From Felis catus (Eukaryota), in contig NC_058368.1 in assembly GCF_018350175.1 (NCBI RefSeq), positions 144,896,001 through 144,960,000 on the forward strand: 64,000 bases of DNA. The letters run 5' to 3'. The notes under the pieces were generated by a model, which saw only the letters and a list, made by a program, of their open reading frames with translations, searched no databases and was not told the origin of the DNA. This document shows positions 51,140 through 62,956 of the stretch, piece after piece. The position numbers and the translations under genes are program-made. How positions within the stretch are numbered: the first letter of the stretch is position 1; every line of letters starts with the position of its first letter.

Positions 51140-51334
51140 GAGTGCCTGGATGGCTCAGTTAAGCATCCAACTCTTGATTTCTGCTCAGGTCATGATCTCA
51201 TGGTTTGTGAGACTGAGCCCACATGGGGTTCTGTCTCCCCTTAGACAGAGCCTGCTTAGGATTCTCTTCTATGCCCCTCTCCTATCCACACACACACTCT
51301 CTCTCTCAAAAGAAAATAAACTTAAAAAAAAAAA
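51140..51334 (+). mobile_element. CAN-SINE
   Basis: TSD aggaccaaatgct. Confidence 0.88.
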
Positions 51335-52426
51335 AGGACCAAATGCTAATAACTTTACTTAAAACAAACCTAATCCCTAAAATTTAAGGTTAAATAACAG
51401 GTAGATATTTCTAACTTAAACATGAAGTCTTATTTCAATAAAATAAAATATAAAATATTTTAAATTTGAGACTACAAAGAAAAAGTTTTTCTGTTTTGTA
51501 AAGTTAGATCCTAGCTATAATCTTAAAATCACTTACATTATTACTGGGCATTTGTTTACATTGATTACACAAGTTCATACTTAGCACTATATGGTCTACC
51601 CCAGTCTACCTTCCTCAGTCACCCTCGTAGAGTCTGGAGAACCAAGATCACTGACTGTTTTTAAATTATAAAGATATTTTATTTGTTGCTTTTGCAAAAC
51701 CTTAATTATCCAAAGAATAGTATTATAATTTCTTGGGCTTCCAAAAGAGGGACAGACTCAGAAATAACATTAAAAGCAAAATCAATTAACCAAAACCAAA
51801 CTTCAGTGAGACCCTGACACCTAGAAATATGGAAAGTGATGAAGAGTTGGTGATATAAATATTATAGCTGGTGTTTGCCATACAGAACAAAAACAGTGCT
51901 CTGACTGCCTGGTAATTTCAACAAAAAGCTAACTTTTTCATATGAAGGCCAAGAAGCATGGATAGGCAGCAGAAGAGAATTACCTACTGGTGCTAAAAAA
52001 AATGTTTTTAAGTGCAAGAGAAATGCAGAAGGATCCTGATAAACACAAAAACGATTTTATTCCTAAAGGAAACTTTCAGGAGGCAGCCTTTAATTTAGTT
52101 GTTAATTTTCACAAGAGCAACCATGGGTCAGAGATCTTGTTCCTTGAATTCTATATTCAGCTTTATTAGAAAGGGTAGATTATAAGGAAAAAGAGCTGAC
52201 ATAAGAGATCTGTTTTGAGACAATTAAGTTCAAGGTGATATCTTTCCATCTATATATGTAACCCAAATATTAGGTGCTCACTGTGCTTGGAGCTGTTTTA
52301 AGACTCACGGATTCTTTGTGACACAAAATTTTGAACTTGGTGTGACTACTCCTCAAAATGATAACTATGAATTACTAGGAAAACATACAAATAGTATATA
52401 AAATTTTTGTTTAAAAATAAAATGAA

Positions 52427-52634
52427 GGGGCACCTGGGCATCTCAGTTGGTTAAGCATCTGACTTTGGGTCAAGTCATGATCTCATGGTTTGTGAGTTCG
52501 AGCCCCACGTCAGGCTCTGTGCTGACAGCTCAGAGCCTGGAGCCCGCTTCGGATTCTGTGCCTCCCTCTCTCTCTGCCCCTCTCCCATTCACACTCTGTC
52601 TCCCTTTCAAAAATAAGCATTAAAAAATTTTTTT
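52427..52634 (+). mobile_element. CAN-SINE (felid)
   Basis: Full structure; TSD aaataaaatg. Confidence 0.92.
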
Positions 52635-53008
52635 TAAATAAAATGTAATGGGGATATCTATGACAGCATTTTTAGCATTTGTATACATTCAGCCCTCAAG
52701 AAGTATTGTCTTCATATGAATGTCAGAAGTTAGGTAACTTATTATTAAAGCAATAAGCCTGCATTATGACTACATGGTCAACCTACAGACCTATCTGAAC
52801 TTTTTCATTAATACTCCTCCTCCCCACCCACAAACATTTTAGTCACTGAATAATGTAGCCTTCACCAGTATTTCAAAATACCATACACAGTTTAAAGAAA
52901 AACACAAGAAAAAGATGTTAAAAATATTAATGTTGTAACCTCTTTTACAAGTTTTTAACCATTATAGATTCTAGTAGACTGCCCTACTTTTCTTTCCTTT
53001 TTCACCTT

Positions 53009-53103
53009 AGAGCCTAGAGACTGCTTCAGAGTCTCTGTTTCCCTCTTTCTCTGCCCCTCCCACACCCTCTCTCTATCAAAAATAAAAATAAACTTAAAAA
53101 AAT
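53009..53103 (+). mobile_element. 5'-truncated CAN-SINE
   Basis: agagcctagagactgcttcaga...CT tract, A tail. Confidence 0.75.
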
Positions 53104-53261
53104 ACAGATGTAAGCCTTTGTCTTGTTTTTATACTATTGATTCAATATAAAAATCCCTGGGCTTCTACTTGTCTGAGAATCTAGGTATTTTAACTATTCC
53201 TATTAGCACCTAGTAAGGGAATTTGAATTATCAGAGTTATCCCTTGGAAAAAAATTCTCTC

Positions 53262-53610
53262 TGTAGTAGACAGAATGGCCCCACGAAGATATCCATGTTC
53301 TAATCCCTAGGGCGTGTAAATGCAGTAGCCTCTATAAGCTGAAAGGAGGCCCTGGGTGACTTCACCAACCTCAAGAAACTGAGTTCTATAAACAGCCTAC
53401 ATAAGCTCGAAAGTGGATGCTTCCCAGAGCCTCTAAAGGAGAGCCCAGCAGGCCCACATCTTGATTTCAGCCTTGTGAGACCTGGAGTAGAGAAACTGGC
53501 CCAGTCAACTCCCACCTCTGACCTACAGAACTGTGAGATGATAAACTTATGTTGTTTTAAGATGCTGAATTTGTGGCAATTTGTAACATCAGCAATGGAA
53601 AACTAATACA
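53262..53610 (+). mobile_element. MLT1-type MaLR solo LTR
   Basis: TG...CA ends: tgtagtagacagaatggccc...gcaatggaaaactaataca; typical ctacagaactgtgaga motif. Confidence 0.85.
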
Positions 53611-53769
53611 AGTGTCCCCTAAAATGACTACTTCATTTTGAAGAACATTTTTCATGGGGCATCTATAAATTAGGGAACACTAACAACCCTTAGAGGTTAC
53701 TATACCTGACGTGTTGCATAATATGCACTTGCTAATTCTACCATTTTGATTACATTTACTGTCCTGATG

Positions 53770-54066
53770 AAAGATAAACAACAGAACAAAACAGGCAGCT
53801 GCCAGAGGGAAGGTGTGTGGGAACATGGGAAAAATAGGTAAAGGGGATCATGAGGTACAAACTTCCAGTTATAAAGTAAATAAGTCATAGGGTTGAAAAG
53901 TACACACAGGAAATATAGTCAATAATATTGTAATAACTTTTTTGATGACAGATGGTAACTATATTTATCATGGTAAGCACTTAGTAATGCATAGAATTGT
54001 CAAATCACTATGCTGTACACCTGAAACTAAAAGAACATTGTATATCAACTATACTTCAATAATAAA
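53770..54066 (+). mobile_element. Older carnivore L1 3' end fragment
   Basis: gaggtacaaacttccagttataaa...gtacacctgaaactaa...atcaactatacttcaat. Confidence 0.8.
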
Positions 54067-55165
54067 CTTCACACACACACGCACACACACACAAACAGCT
54101 CCCCTAGGTTAGGTATTGTAGTTTTCCTGGTTCCACAATTTTTTTAGTGGCTTTGAAGCATGACGCATGTGAATCAGTTTTTCCTCTTCCGCAGTGGAGA
54201 AGCACAGAAAGGAGAAGAATGGCAAAGGCAGTATCTCCTCTTCAACTCTAATTGTGTTCCAGGCTCCAACTCTGCCTTTCCTCTTATCCACAAAGAAATG
54301 GCTCCTTAAATGTTAACTGCAGGTCCCACTAAAGCCATCTAGACTCTAGCCAAGCTAGCTCTTTGGTAGAGAAAATATAAAAACAACTGAAACCAGAGTT
54401 TAGGGCTCGCCATAATGCCGAGTTTGCTAATGGTCCCTGTTCTGACCCTGCACGATGATTCAAAGTAACTAGAATCCAGCCTCAATCCCTGCGGCATAAG
54501 GTCTATTTCTTCCTTCCATTTGCTGGGCTTCCAGCCTCAGTTCCCAACTAACTAGCAGCTCAATGTCTCAGAGACTAGAGCAAAACATTCTACTGGGTTC
54601 TTTCCTTATATTAATTCTGAGGGGGTGTGTTCTGTCACTGAACTTCCATTTCCACAGCTGAGTCCTCACCATTTGCAACTGGATTCCTTAGATACCAATA
54701 GTTCACCCATCTCGATCTACTCATTACTTCTTGCCACGAACCCCTGGTGCCTAGCATTTGCCACCTGAAGAGTATTTCCATTATTCATTGATACCATCCT
54801 AATGATAACCACTTGCACATACATCCATCTATTGCCTGCATTAGCCTCCAAGATCTCCAAGGCAGATCTATTAACCTTTCTTGACTTCCTCTCAATGTTC
54901 TGTACTAGGACATTCCTCAGTTGCTAACTCTGTAATCCTAAATGGCCTTGTCTTTAGAATCTAAGGCATAATTGTTCTGATCACATAACCAGAGAACCTC
55001 TATTTTTAAGTTATTTTAAAAAATCTTTGTCACAGAACAAATTATAGTCATTGAGGTATAGCTCTTTATTGATAATATGAATCATCTTAATTTTTGGTTG
55101 TATGTTTGATTTTTCCAGGAAGAAGGTAATCATTATATACTCATCTTTTAAAAAGTCATAACATT

Positions 55166-55345
55166 GGGTGCCTGGGTGGCTCAGGCAGTTAAGCGTCCAA
55201 CTCTTGGTTTCAGCTCAAGTCATGGTCTCATGGTTTGTGAGTTCAAGTCCCATGTTGAGCTCTGTACTTAAAGTGCGAAGACTGCCTGGGATTCTGTCTT
55301 TCTGTCTCTCAAAATAAATAAGTAAACTTAATTTTTTTAAAAAAA
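55166..55345 (+). mobile_element. CAN-SINE
   Basis: TSD aaaaagtcata. Confidence 0.88.
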
Positions 55346-55906
55346 AAGTCATATCACTTGTGAGTCAGTTAAAAAGTTTTGCAAAAAGGCATATCTCCTC
55401 TGAAATACATTATTTCTTTTGAAATTTACAGCTTTGGTAGGGAGAAGTGCAAAGTCAATAATTCTCAGATTTTTCTTTTAATAGTATTGTTGGCATAGAC
55501 TTGGAACAACATGCATCTAGTAAAACAAACTTCTAAAAGTTCTTATGTTTTACCTAGAACAACTAAATATACTTCAGAATTTTAATAGGGTCAACAAAAT
55601 AAATTTCAAGTTATTTCATGACATCACAATAATTTTGAATGATTTCCATACTAAGATTAATTTTTAAAGTTTCAATCTTTAATTGTCTTTAGTTATTTAA
55701 AATATCTCATATCCCCCCAAAGTTACTATGAACAAAAAGAACTTAATAGTGATTTGAGCAGAAATTCTATTGTTTGGTTTTAAAAGACGTTACTGTTTTC
55801 TTAAAAGTGGTATAATAGACTAATTATAAAAAAGTACAAAATTAAAATAAAAAAATAAATGAAAATACTTGTTTACAAAGGCTGCAAACTGCAAACAGGG
55901 GCTAAC

Positions 55907-56130
55907 TTGTTTGTTTGGTTTTTTTATAACATTTTATTTATTTTTGAAGACAGAGAGAGACAGAGCATGAGCCGGGGAGAGGCAGAGAGAGGGAGACACA
56001 GAATCCAAAGCAGGTGCCAGGCTCTGAGCTGTCAGCACAGAGCCCGATGTGGAGCTCGAACCCATGAACCACAAGATCGTGACTTGAGCCGAAGTCGGAT
56101 GCTTAACCGACTGAGCCATCCAGGTGCCCC
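55907..56130 (-). mobile_element. CAN-SINE (felid)
   Basis: Full structure. Confidence 0.92.
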
Positions 56131-56259
56131 AGAATCTTGTTATTAATATAGAATATAACTATGCTTTATCCTGTTACTGGGTTTGAAATTATTTAATTGC
56201 AGCCATAAGGCAAAACAAAACATTACTATATATTGGCGCATACAGATTAAGGAATACTT

Positions 56260-56480
56260 GGGGCGCCTGGGTGGCGCAGTCGGTTAAGCGTCCGACTTCA
56301 GCCAGGTCACGATCTCGCGGTCCGTGAGTTCGAGCCCCGCGTCGGGCTCTGGGCTGATGGCTCAGAGCCTGGAGCCTGTTTCCAATTCTGTGTCTCCCTC
56401 TCTCTCTGACCCTCCCCCGTTCATGCTCTGTCTCTCTCTGTCCCAAAAATAAATAAACGTTGGAAAAAAAAAAAAAAAAA
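56260..56480 (+). mobile_element. Young felid CAN-SINE
   Basis: CpG-rich, long pure A tail; TSD aaggaatac. Confidence 0.95.
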
Positions 56481-57152
56481 AAGGAATACCTGCAAAGGAT
56501 GCTTTTCCATCTGTGTAATGTTTTGGTGGAGAGATCATCTAAAAAATGTCCTAACACAGATCTACAGATAACACCTATAAAAATACAGTTAATTAGACTA
56601 AAAAAAAATGAGAAATTCAGCAGATAACTCTCTGTTGGAAGAGAGAGGCAAAAGTAAAGAAGATCATATTAGAAAGTTACTTTAAAAGAAAAAAATAAAT
56701 CAATCTTATGAGAGAGTGGTGGAGACCCATTTGACCAAGCTTCAGCCATCATTTCTTCTAACCTTCAACTATAATGCTCTATAGTAATCACTGATGTTCA
56801 TCATTTTGATATCTGTAACAGATTCAGTCATCAGAGAAAGATGGTATAGTTTCAACAAAAAGAGTTAGTGTATTTTTTAAAAACAACTATACCAAATCTT
56901 ATAGTACAAAGGTGTATTGGGTTCTAGAATATGCCAGCAGTCCTCAAAACACCTGGAATTCCTGTTTGCAGCTATATGGCTGCAGACATTGTACCACCTT
57001 CTTTTGGGTATTCTCAAGATAAGAAGTCTTTATCTTTAAACAGTTCATTTGCTTTGTGGAAGCAGGCAAAATTCATTTGGTTTAGGGTTTTGTAACAGTG
57101 AATAGTAAGGAAAGATAAAAAGATTTCAAATTAAAAAAAAAAATTAACAGAA

Positions 57153-57349
57153 GGGCGCCTGGGTGGCTCAGTTAAGCGTCTGACTTCTGCTCAGGGGGTG
57201 ATCTCACAGCTCGTGAGTTTGAGCCCCACATCAGGCTCTGCACTGATAGTGCGGAGCTTGCTGGGGTTTCTCTCTCTCTCTCTTTGCCCCTCCCTCCCCC
57301 GCTCTTAAGGGCTATCTCCCTCTCTGAAAATAAATAAACTTTTAAAAAA
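57153..57349 (+). mobile_element. CAN-SINE
   Basis: Head, CT tract, A tail; TSD-like ttaacag. Confidence 0.88.
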
Positions 57350-57489
57350 ATTTAACAGGAGAGCCTTTTAATATAAAATGGCTTGAAAATCAATTGTCAA
57401 AATCTGAAGTTTAAAAATGACACCATGATTGAAAGAAATGTTTTAGATTTTTATATATTTTCATTTTTTAATTTATTTTATGTTTTTTA

Positions 57490-57594
57490 AATATTTCATT
57501 TTTATGTAATCTCTGTATCCATTGTGGAGCTCGAATTTACAACTCTGAGACTAAGAGTCATATGCTCCAATGACTGAGTAAGCCAGACATCCCA
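57490..57594 (-). mobile_element. Short tRNA-derived carnivore SINE
   Basis: tgtaatctctgta...aagagtcatatgctc...gccagacatccc. Confidence 0.75.
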
Positions 57595-58138
57595 GGTTTT
57601 TATATATTTTTAAATCAGTTTTTTTACTTAGTATTTTTCACTCATGAGTACATTTTTTTAAACTAACAAATACTTGTGCCTACTAGATATCTGATACTAC
57701 ACCAAGGAAACCTTATTCTTGTTCTCAAGAGCTTACAATCTTAGAGGAAGAAACATAACTACACACATATTCATTTACCAATGTGACAAATGCTAAGAGA
57801 AAAATAAAAAGTGAGAGAAAAATGTACTTTGGAGGGCTACAGTATGTTTCCTAGAAGTAACACTTACACAGAGAAGCTGAAGAAAGAGTTGGTGACAAAG
57901 GGGCAAAAAAGGAAAAGTGAGCCATTATAACTTAAATATTATAAACTAAAACAATTCAAAAGTAAAGACCCTATGGTGAGCAAGAATGGCAGAATATAAG
58001 AAATAATAAGAAAGGTCAATATGGCTAAGTCACAGTGATTTCAAAGTGTGGCATGATTTTAACTTTATCAGAGGATCAATATAAAGTTATCAGAGAGTTT
58101 TGAGGAAAAAGCACATGATCATCAGATACATTGTTTTA

Positions 58139-58362
58139 TTTTATTATTATTTTAATTTTTTTTAACCTTTATTTATTTTTGAGACAGAGAGAGACAGAGC
58201 ATGAATGGGGGAGGGTCAGAGAGAGGGAGACACAAAATCTGAAACAGGCTCCAGGCTCTGAGCTGGCAGCACAGAGCCTGACGTGGGGCTCGGACTCACG
58301 GATTGCGAGATCACAACCTGAGCCGGAGTCGGACGCTTAACCGACTGAGCCACCCAGGCGCC
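58139..58362 (-). mobile_element. CAN-SINE (felid)
   Basis: TSD cagatacattgtttta at 58123-58138 and 58363-58378. Confidence 0.93.
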
Positions 58363-58515
58363 CAGATACATTGTTTTAAATAGATAACTATGATAGCTCC
58401 CTTGAGAAACTAAAATAAAGGGGGTAAGAAATGATGTCTTCTGAAGTAGCACAATGACAGGCTGAGTTGCTTGGACAGCAATAGAAAATAAATGTGGATG
58501 GATAAAAAATGTTTC

Positions 58516-58605
58516 AGGGGCACTTGGCTGGCTCAGTCAGTAGAGTATGTGACTCTTGATCTCAGGGTTTTGAGTCCAAGTCCTACGAGGGGGTACAGAG
58601 ATTAT
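58516..58605 (+). mobile_element. Short tRNA-derived carnivore SINE fragment
   Basis: ggggcacttggctggctcagtcagtagagtatgtgactcttgatctcaggg. Confidence 0.8.
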
Positions 58606-59150
58606 ATCAAGTGTGGAAGGAGGGAAAAAGAGAGAAGCATATGTTCACTTCAGAATGCATGAGACATTAAAAAGGTTTACTAACAAGCCAATCCTTACTA
58701 TTTTCAGAAAGGAAATTCCACACCCCCTAACTTATTTAACAATCTTATTGAACTTCTGTTTTAAATCCATTTTTTTTTCACCTAAGTCCCTTCTATTCTA
58801 TTTTTCTTATATTACAGAGAAAACAATGACCACACCTTAGGAATGTAATTTTAGCAATATATACCTTCATCAGCAAAAGATGAATAAGAATTTATGGTTT
58901 CTGTAATCTTGTACAACTTCTATCGTAGGACCAACCACATTATGTTGAGATTGTCTCTGTTCAGACTGAAAATACTTAGCCTTAAAGGGCCAGGTCTCTT
59001 TTCCTCCTTTGTATATACAGCATGTGGCATTGCCTGGCATGTGGTCAGTAAAAACTGGCTGGACGGAATCACTGCTATTATTACATGTTTTGTTTCTGGC
59101 TAAAATAGAATTAGTAAGTATCTTAATCTATAGTAATCGGTTTTATTTTA

Positions 59151-59395
59151 TTTATTTATTTATTTATTTATTCATTCATTTATTTATTTATTTATTTATT
59201 TTAATGTTTGTTTATTTCTGAGATAGAGCATGAGTGAGGGAGGGGCAGAGAGAGAGGGAGACACAGAATGTGAAGCAGTCTCCAGGCTCTGAGCTGTCAG
59301 CACAGAGCCCGACAAGGGGCTCGAACTCACAAACCGTGAGATCATGGCCTGAGCCGAAGTCAGTCGCTCAACCGACTGTGCCACCCAGGAGCCCC
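59151..59395 (-). mobile_element. CAN-SINE with (TTTA)n-expanded tail
   Basis: TSD tcggttttatttta at 59137-59150 and 59396-59409. Confidence 0.93.
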
Positions 59396-59789
59396 TCGGT
59401 TTTATTTTAGATCAGGTAAGCATATCAAGTTCCTGGGTGACAAAGTGACAGAAGTCAAGGTAGCTGATACTTGCTTCACTATTTTTAAATAAGTTTAGAT
59501 AGTTTTAAAGGACACTAAAATAGAATAAGTTATACAATCTTCATGTTAGCACTTGCTGTAGGTGAATCAATGGTGCTATTACATAGGAAATGTCAACTTA
59601 TTTTTAGTATCATTTCATCTGAATAATCATTTGACTACTAAAAGATGACCACATAATTAATTTTCAAGATCAAATTCTAATATATGGTTGCCAATCACAT
59701 ATGCCATTAAGTTAACTTTATTTTAAACACCATTTTGAAAATGGAGCCATAAAATAATCCTTTCTTTCACTGTGAAATCACCATTACTG

Positions 59790-60790
59790 ATTATTCAAAT
59801 AGATAAGACTAGATGTTTTGTCTAACAAAGTAAAGTTTAAGGCAAAAAGCATTAGGAGATACAAAAATGTTTACTTAATAATAAAAGGGACAATTTACAA
59901 CAAGCAAGTTATAATGCATCCTTAATGCATTTAACAGTGTAACTTTAAAATATATATACCAAAACTGACAAAATTACAGAGAGAAATGAACAAACCCATA
60001 ATCACAATGAGAGATTAATAGACTTCTCAAAACCTTGTATATTAAACAGGCTAAAAATTAGATTTGACCACAATTAATAAGCTTGATTTAAAGGCACTTA
60101 TCATGGTGCCTTATCATTTAAAGGCACATGCTCAAGTTGTGTGGGCATCTGACTTCAGCTCAGGTCATGATCTGGTGGTCTGTGGGTTCAAGCCCCACAA
60201 CAGGCTTTGTGCTGACAGCTCAGAGCCTGGAGCCTGCTTTGAATTCTGTGCCTCATTCTCTCTCTCTGCTCCTCCCCTGCTTGCACTCTTTCTCTGTCTC
60301 TCTCTTAAAAATAAACATTAAAATATAAAAATTAAAAAAATAAAGGACACTTATAAGACCTAGCATCCATAAATAGAAAATATACATTTTTTAAAACCAC
60401 TTCTAGAATCTTCATAAAAAATAGATCAAACTAGGCCACAAGAGCACAAAAAATAGCCAAGAATATATATATGGATGATATTCTTTGAGTATAATGCTAT
60501 AAAATTATGAAACTTAATTAGAAATTAATTAATTTAGAAACTTAATTAGAAGTTAATTAAATTAAAAAAAACTTATTTCAAACCTGTATACTTCCAGAAA
60601 GTAAAAATACATATTTTCTAAATATATAAAATCACAATAGACAATTATTTAGATCTCAACTCCAGAAACCCTCTATATCAAAATTTATAATGTATAGCTA
60701 AAGTAGTACTTAGAGAAAGTGCATAGCTTAAATGTGTATATTAGGTGATAGAAAGGTTAGAAAATTAGATATTCTACATTTATCCCTGAA
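59790..60790 (+). mobile_element. Ancient L1M ORF2 fragment, interrupted by a SINE
   Basis: A-rich L1 ORF2-like motifs (aaagtttaaggcaaaaagcatta, tatagctaaagtagtacttagagaaa). Confidence 0.55.
60128..60340 (+). mobile_element. CAN-SINE with rearranged 5' junction
   Basis: Body clear from gcatctgacttcagctcagg; normal head absent. Confidence 0.85.
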
Positions 60791-61969
60791 GAGTAATAAA
60801 TATAGGGAGCTTATTGTTTGTGCTCCATTTCAATTTACAAACATATTTATTATGTTTCTAGCTTGGGTGTGGTACTTTCCAGATACAGTTGAGTGAAGTA
60901 GAATGTAAGAATCTATTCTTAAGTTTATTGCAGAACAGAAAAAGAGAGAAATGATTATTACATACTGTAAGGCAATACATATAATCAAGTATAATATAGA
61001 ATAGTAAAAACACAACTATTGGGTAAAGCCAACCATTCTGTGTGTTCTAAGCCCTGAAATTGCATGAAAGGGAATAGTAAAGAGAAATGTTCCAGAAGGA
61101 AACAAACACCATTTAGTTTGGGAGAAAATTTAATAAAATTGTAATGCATTGCATTGCTTTGGTAAAAATATTACCTATTTCTTACATGTTTGTGAGATAT
61201 TTGGGTATTTATGCCTAAGCAGAGGCATTGTCACCTATTCTCCAGACACTAACTCCCTGATGCAGTTCATGTAAATTGATCACCAGAGTAGTCTCATTCA
61301 TCTCTGTAATACTCAGGAGACCAGCACCCCACCAAAAGCACAGGTAATTCAGAACACAGCTTATTATAAGTACTACAGGAAATCACATTAACAGGAAACC
61401 AACCTAACGTTGGGGTTGTCTTCACTTTGGTAGTATTGGTTGAACTGAATCTTAAAGAAAAACTAATAGTATGGAAAGGAACAATAATAATAAAAATAAT
61501 TTGGATCAGAATAAGAACATGGGAAAACGTGCAAAGGAAACAATGAATTACAAAGAACTACAGAAGATAGGAAACTATTCCCTCCTTGATCAGGGTACAA
61601 AAGAACTGCATGTAGAAGATAACAACAGTTGCTGGGAATTCTTAAACACCAAGATATATCTGATTCAACAAGTGATAGAAGTTATTATATGTATCCAAGA
61701 TATGAAGCAACTTAATAATATGATGATATTGATATTTCTCCCACAGTAAGAAGAAGAAAGAAGCACAAGGAAAAACTGGAAGCAGAGACATCAGCACTTG
61801 AAATAATTCGGGCTTTCAGGCTGGAAAAATGGATGGCAGAAATAGCGATACAGAGAAATGAAAGCACATAGAAAAGAACTTAAGACAGAAATAATTCGGG
61901 TTTCAGACAATATAGGACTATGGGTAAAAAACAAAACAAAAAAACCCCAAAAAACAAAAGAAAAGAATA

Positions 61970-62160
61970 TGGATCCCGAGTGACATTATCCAGTTACTGA
62001 AACTCTGTACAATGGTTCCTTCTTCAGAAAATGTATATAATAATACTACTTACCTTTCGGAGTTGTCAAAGGAATATTGAGTTAACTTTGATAAAGCAAT
62101 TAGAATAATATCTGGCACAAAGTAAGGAGTCAGTAAATATTAGCTATTATTACTATCATT
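61970..62160 (+). mobile_element. MIR SINE
   Basis: ataatactacttacct...gttgtcaaagg...taaagcaattagaata...tggcacaaagtaag. Confidence 0.65.
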
Positions 62161-62358
62161 ACTTATTTCTAGTAACATACTAGAAATACTAGTAGATATA
62201 CTAGTAGAGGTGTCTGAGAGTCCAGCGGGAAAACACACAAATCAAACATGGATGAAACGACAAAGCTGCACAAATATCTTTGGTATTTTTCCCATTTTCA
62301 TCCTGCTGCCATTGTCATAATCAAGTCTTTCATCATCTTTTACAAAAGACTTACAACA

Positions 62359-62581
62359 GGGGCGGCTGGGTGACTCATTCGGTTAAGCATCTGACTTTGG
62401 CTCAGGTCCTGATCTCAAGGTTTTTGAGTTCGAGCCCCGTGTCGGGCTCTGTGCTGACAGCCTGGACCCTGAAGCCTGCTTCAGATTCTGTATTTCCCTC
62501 TCTCTGTCCCTCTCACACTTGCTCTTTGTTTCTCAAAAATGAATACACGTCAAAAAAAAAATTAAAAAACAAAACAACAAA
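62359..62581 (+). mobile_element. CAN-SINE (felid)
   Basis: Full structure. Confidence 0.9.
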
Positions 62582-62648
62582 ACACCCAACAACATTTCTC
62601 TCACGTCTCTTTCTATTCAGGTCCACATTTTAGGCAGGCATTAATTAA

Positions 62649-62861
62649 CTTTTTTTTAAAAAGTTTACTTATTTTGAGAAAGATTGAGAAAGATTGAGAG
62701 AGGTAGGGGAAGGGCAGAGAGGGAGTGGGAGAGGGAGAATCTCAAGTAGGCTCCACACTGTCAGCACAGAACCGAATGCAAGCCTTGATCTCATAAACAT
62801 GAGACCATGGCCTGAGCTGAGATCAACAGTCGGACGCTTAACTGAGCCATCCAGGCACCCC
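62649..62861 (-). mobile_element. CAN-SINE
   Basis: TSD taattaac. Confidence 0.88.
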
Positions 62862-62956
62862 ACTAATTAACATTTAATAAGCACAAATGTGGTCATCGCT
62901 GCTTCACGTGAAAACTTTAAGGAGAAAGCCTAGACTACTCATCATAGTCTAATGCA

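Noticed and set aside
60509..60564. 28-bp tandem duplication (also a 20-bp one near 45295-45330)
   Set aside because: Ordinary slippage duplications; not CRISPR-like (two units, no spacers).
2532..62863. Many ORFs containing TSAQVMIS...SGSVLTAQSLEPASDSVSPSL or its other frames
   Set aside because: These are translations of CAN-SINE copies, not a protein family.
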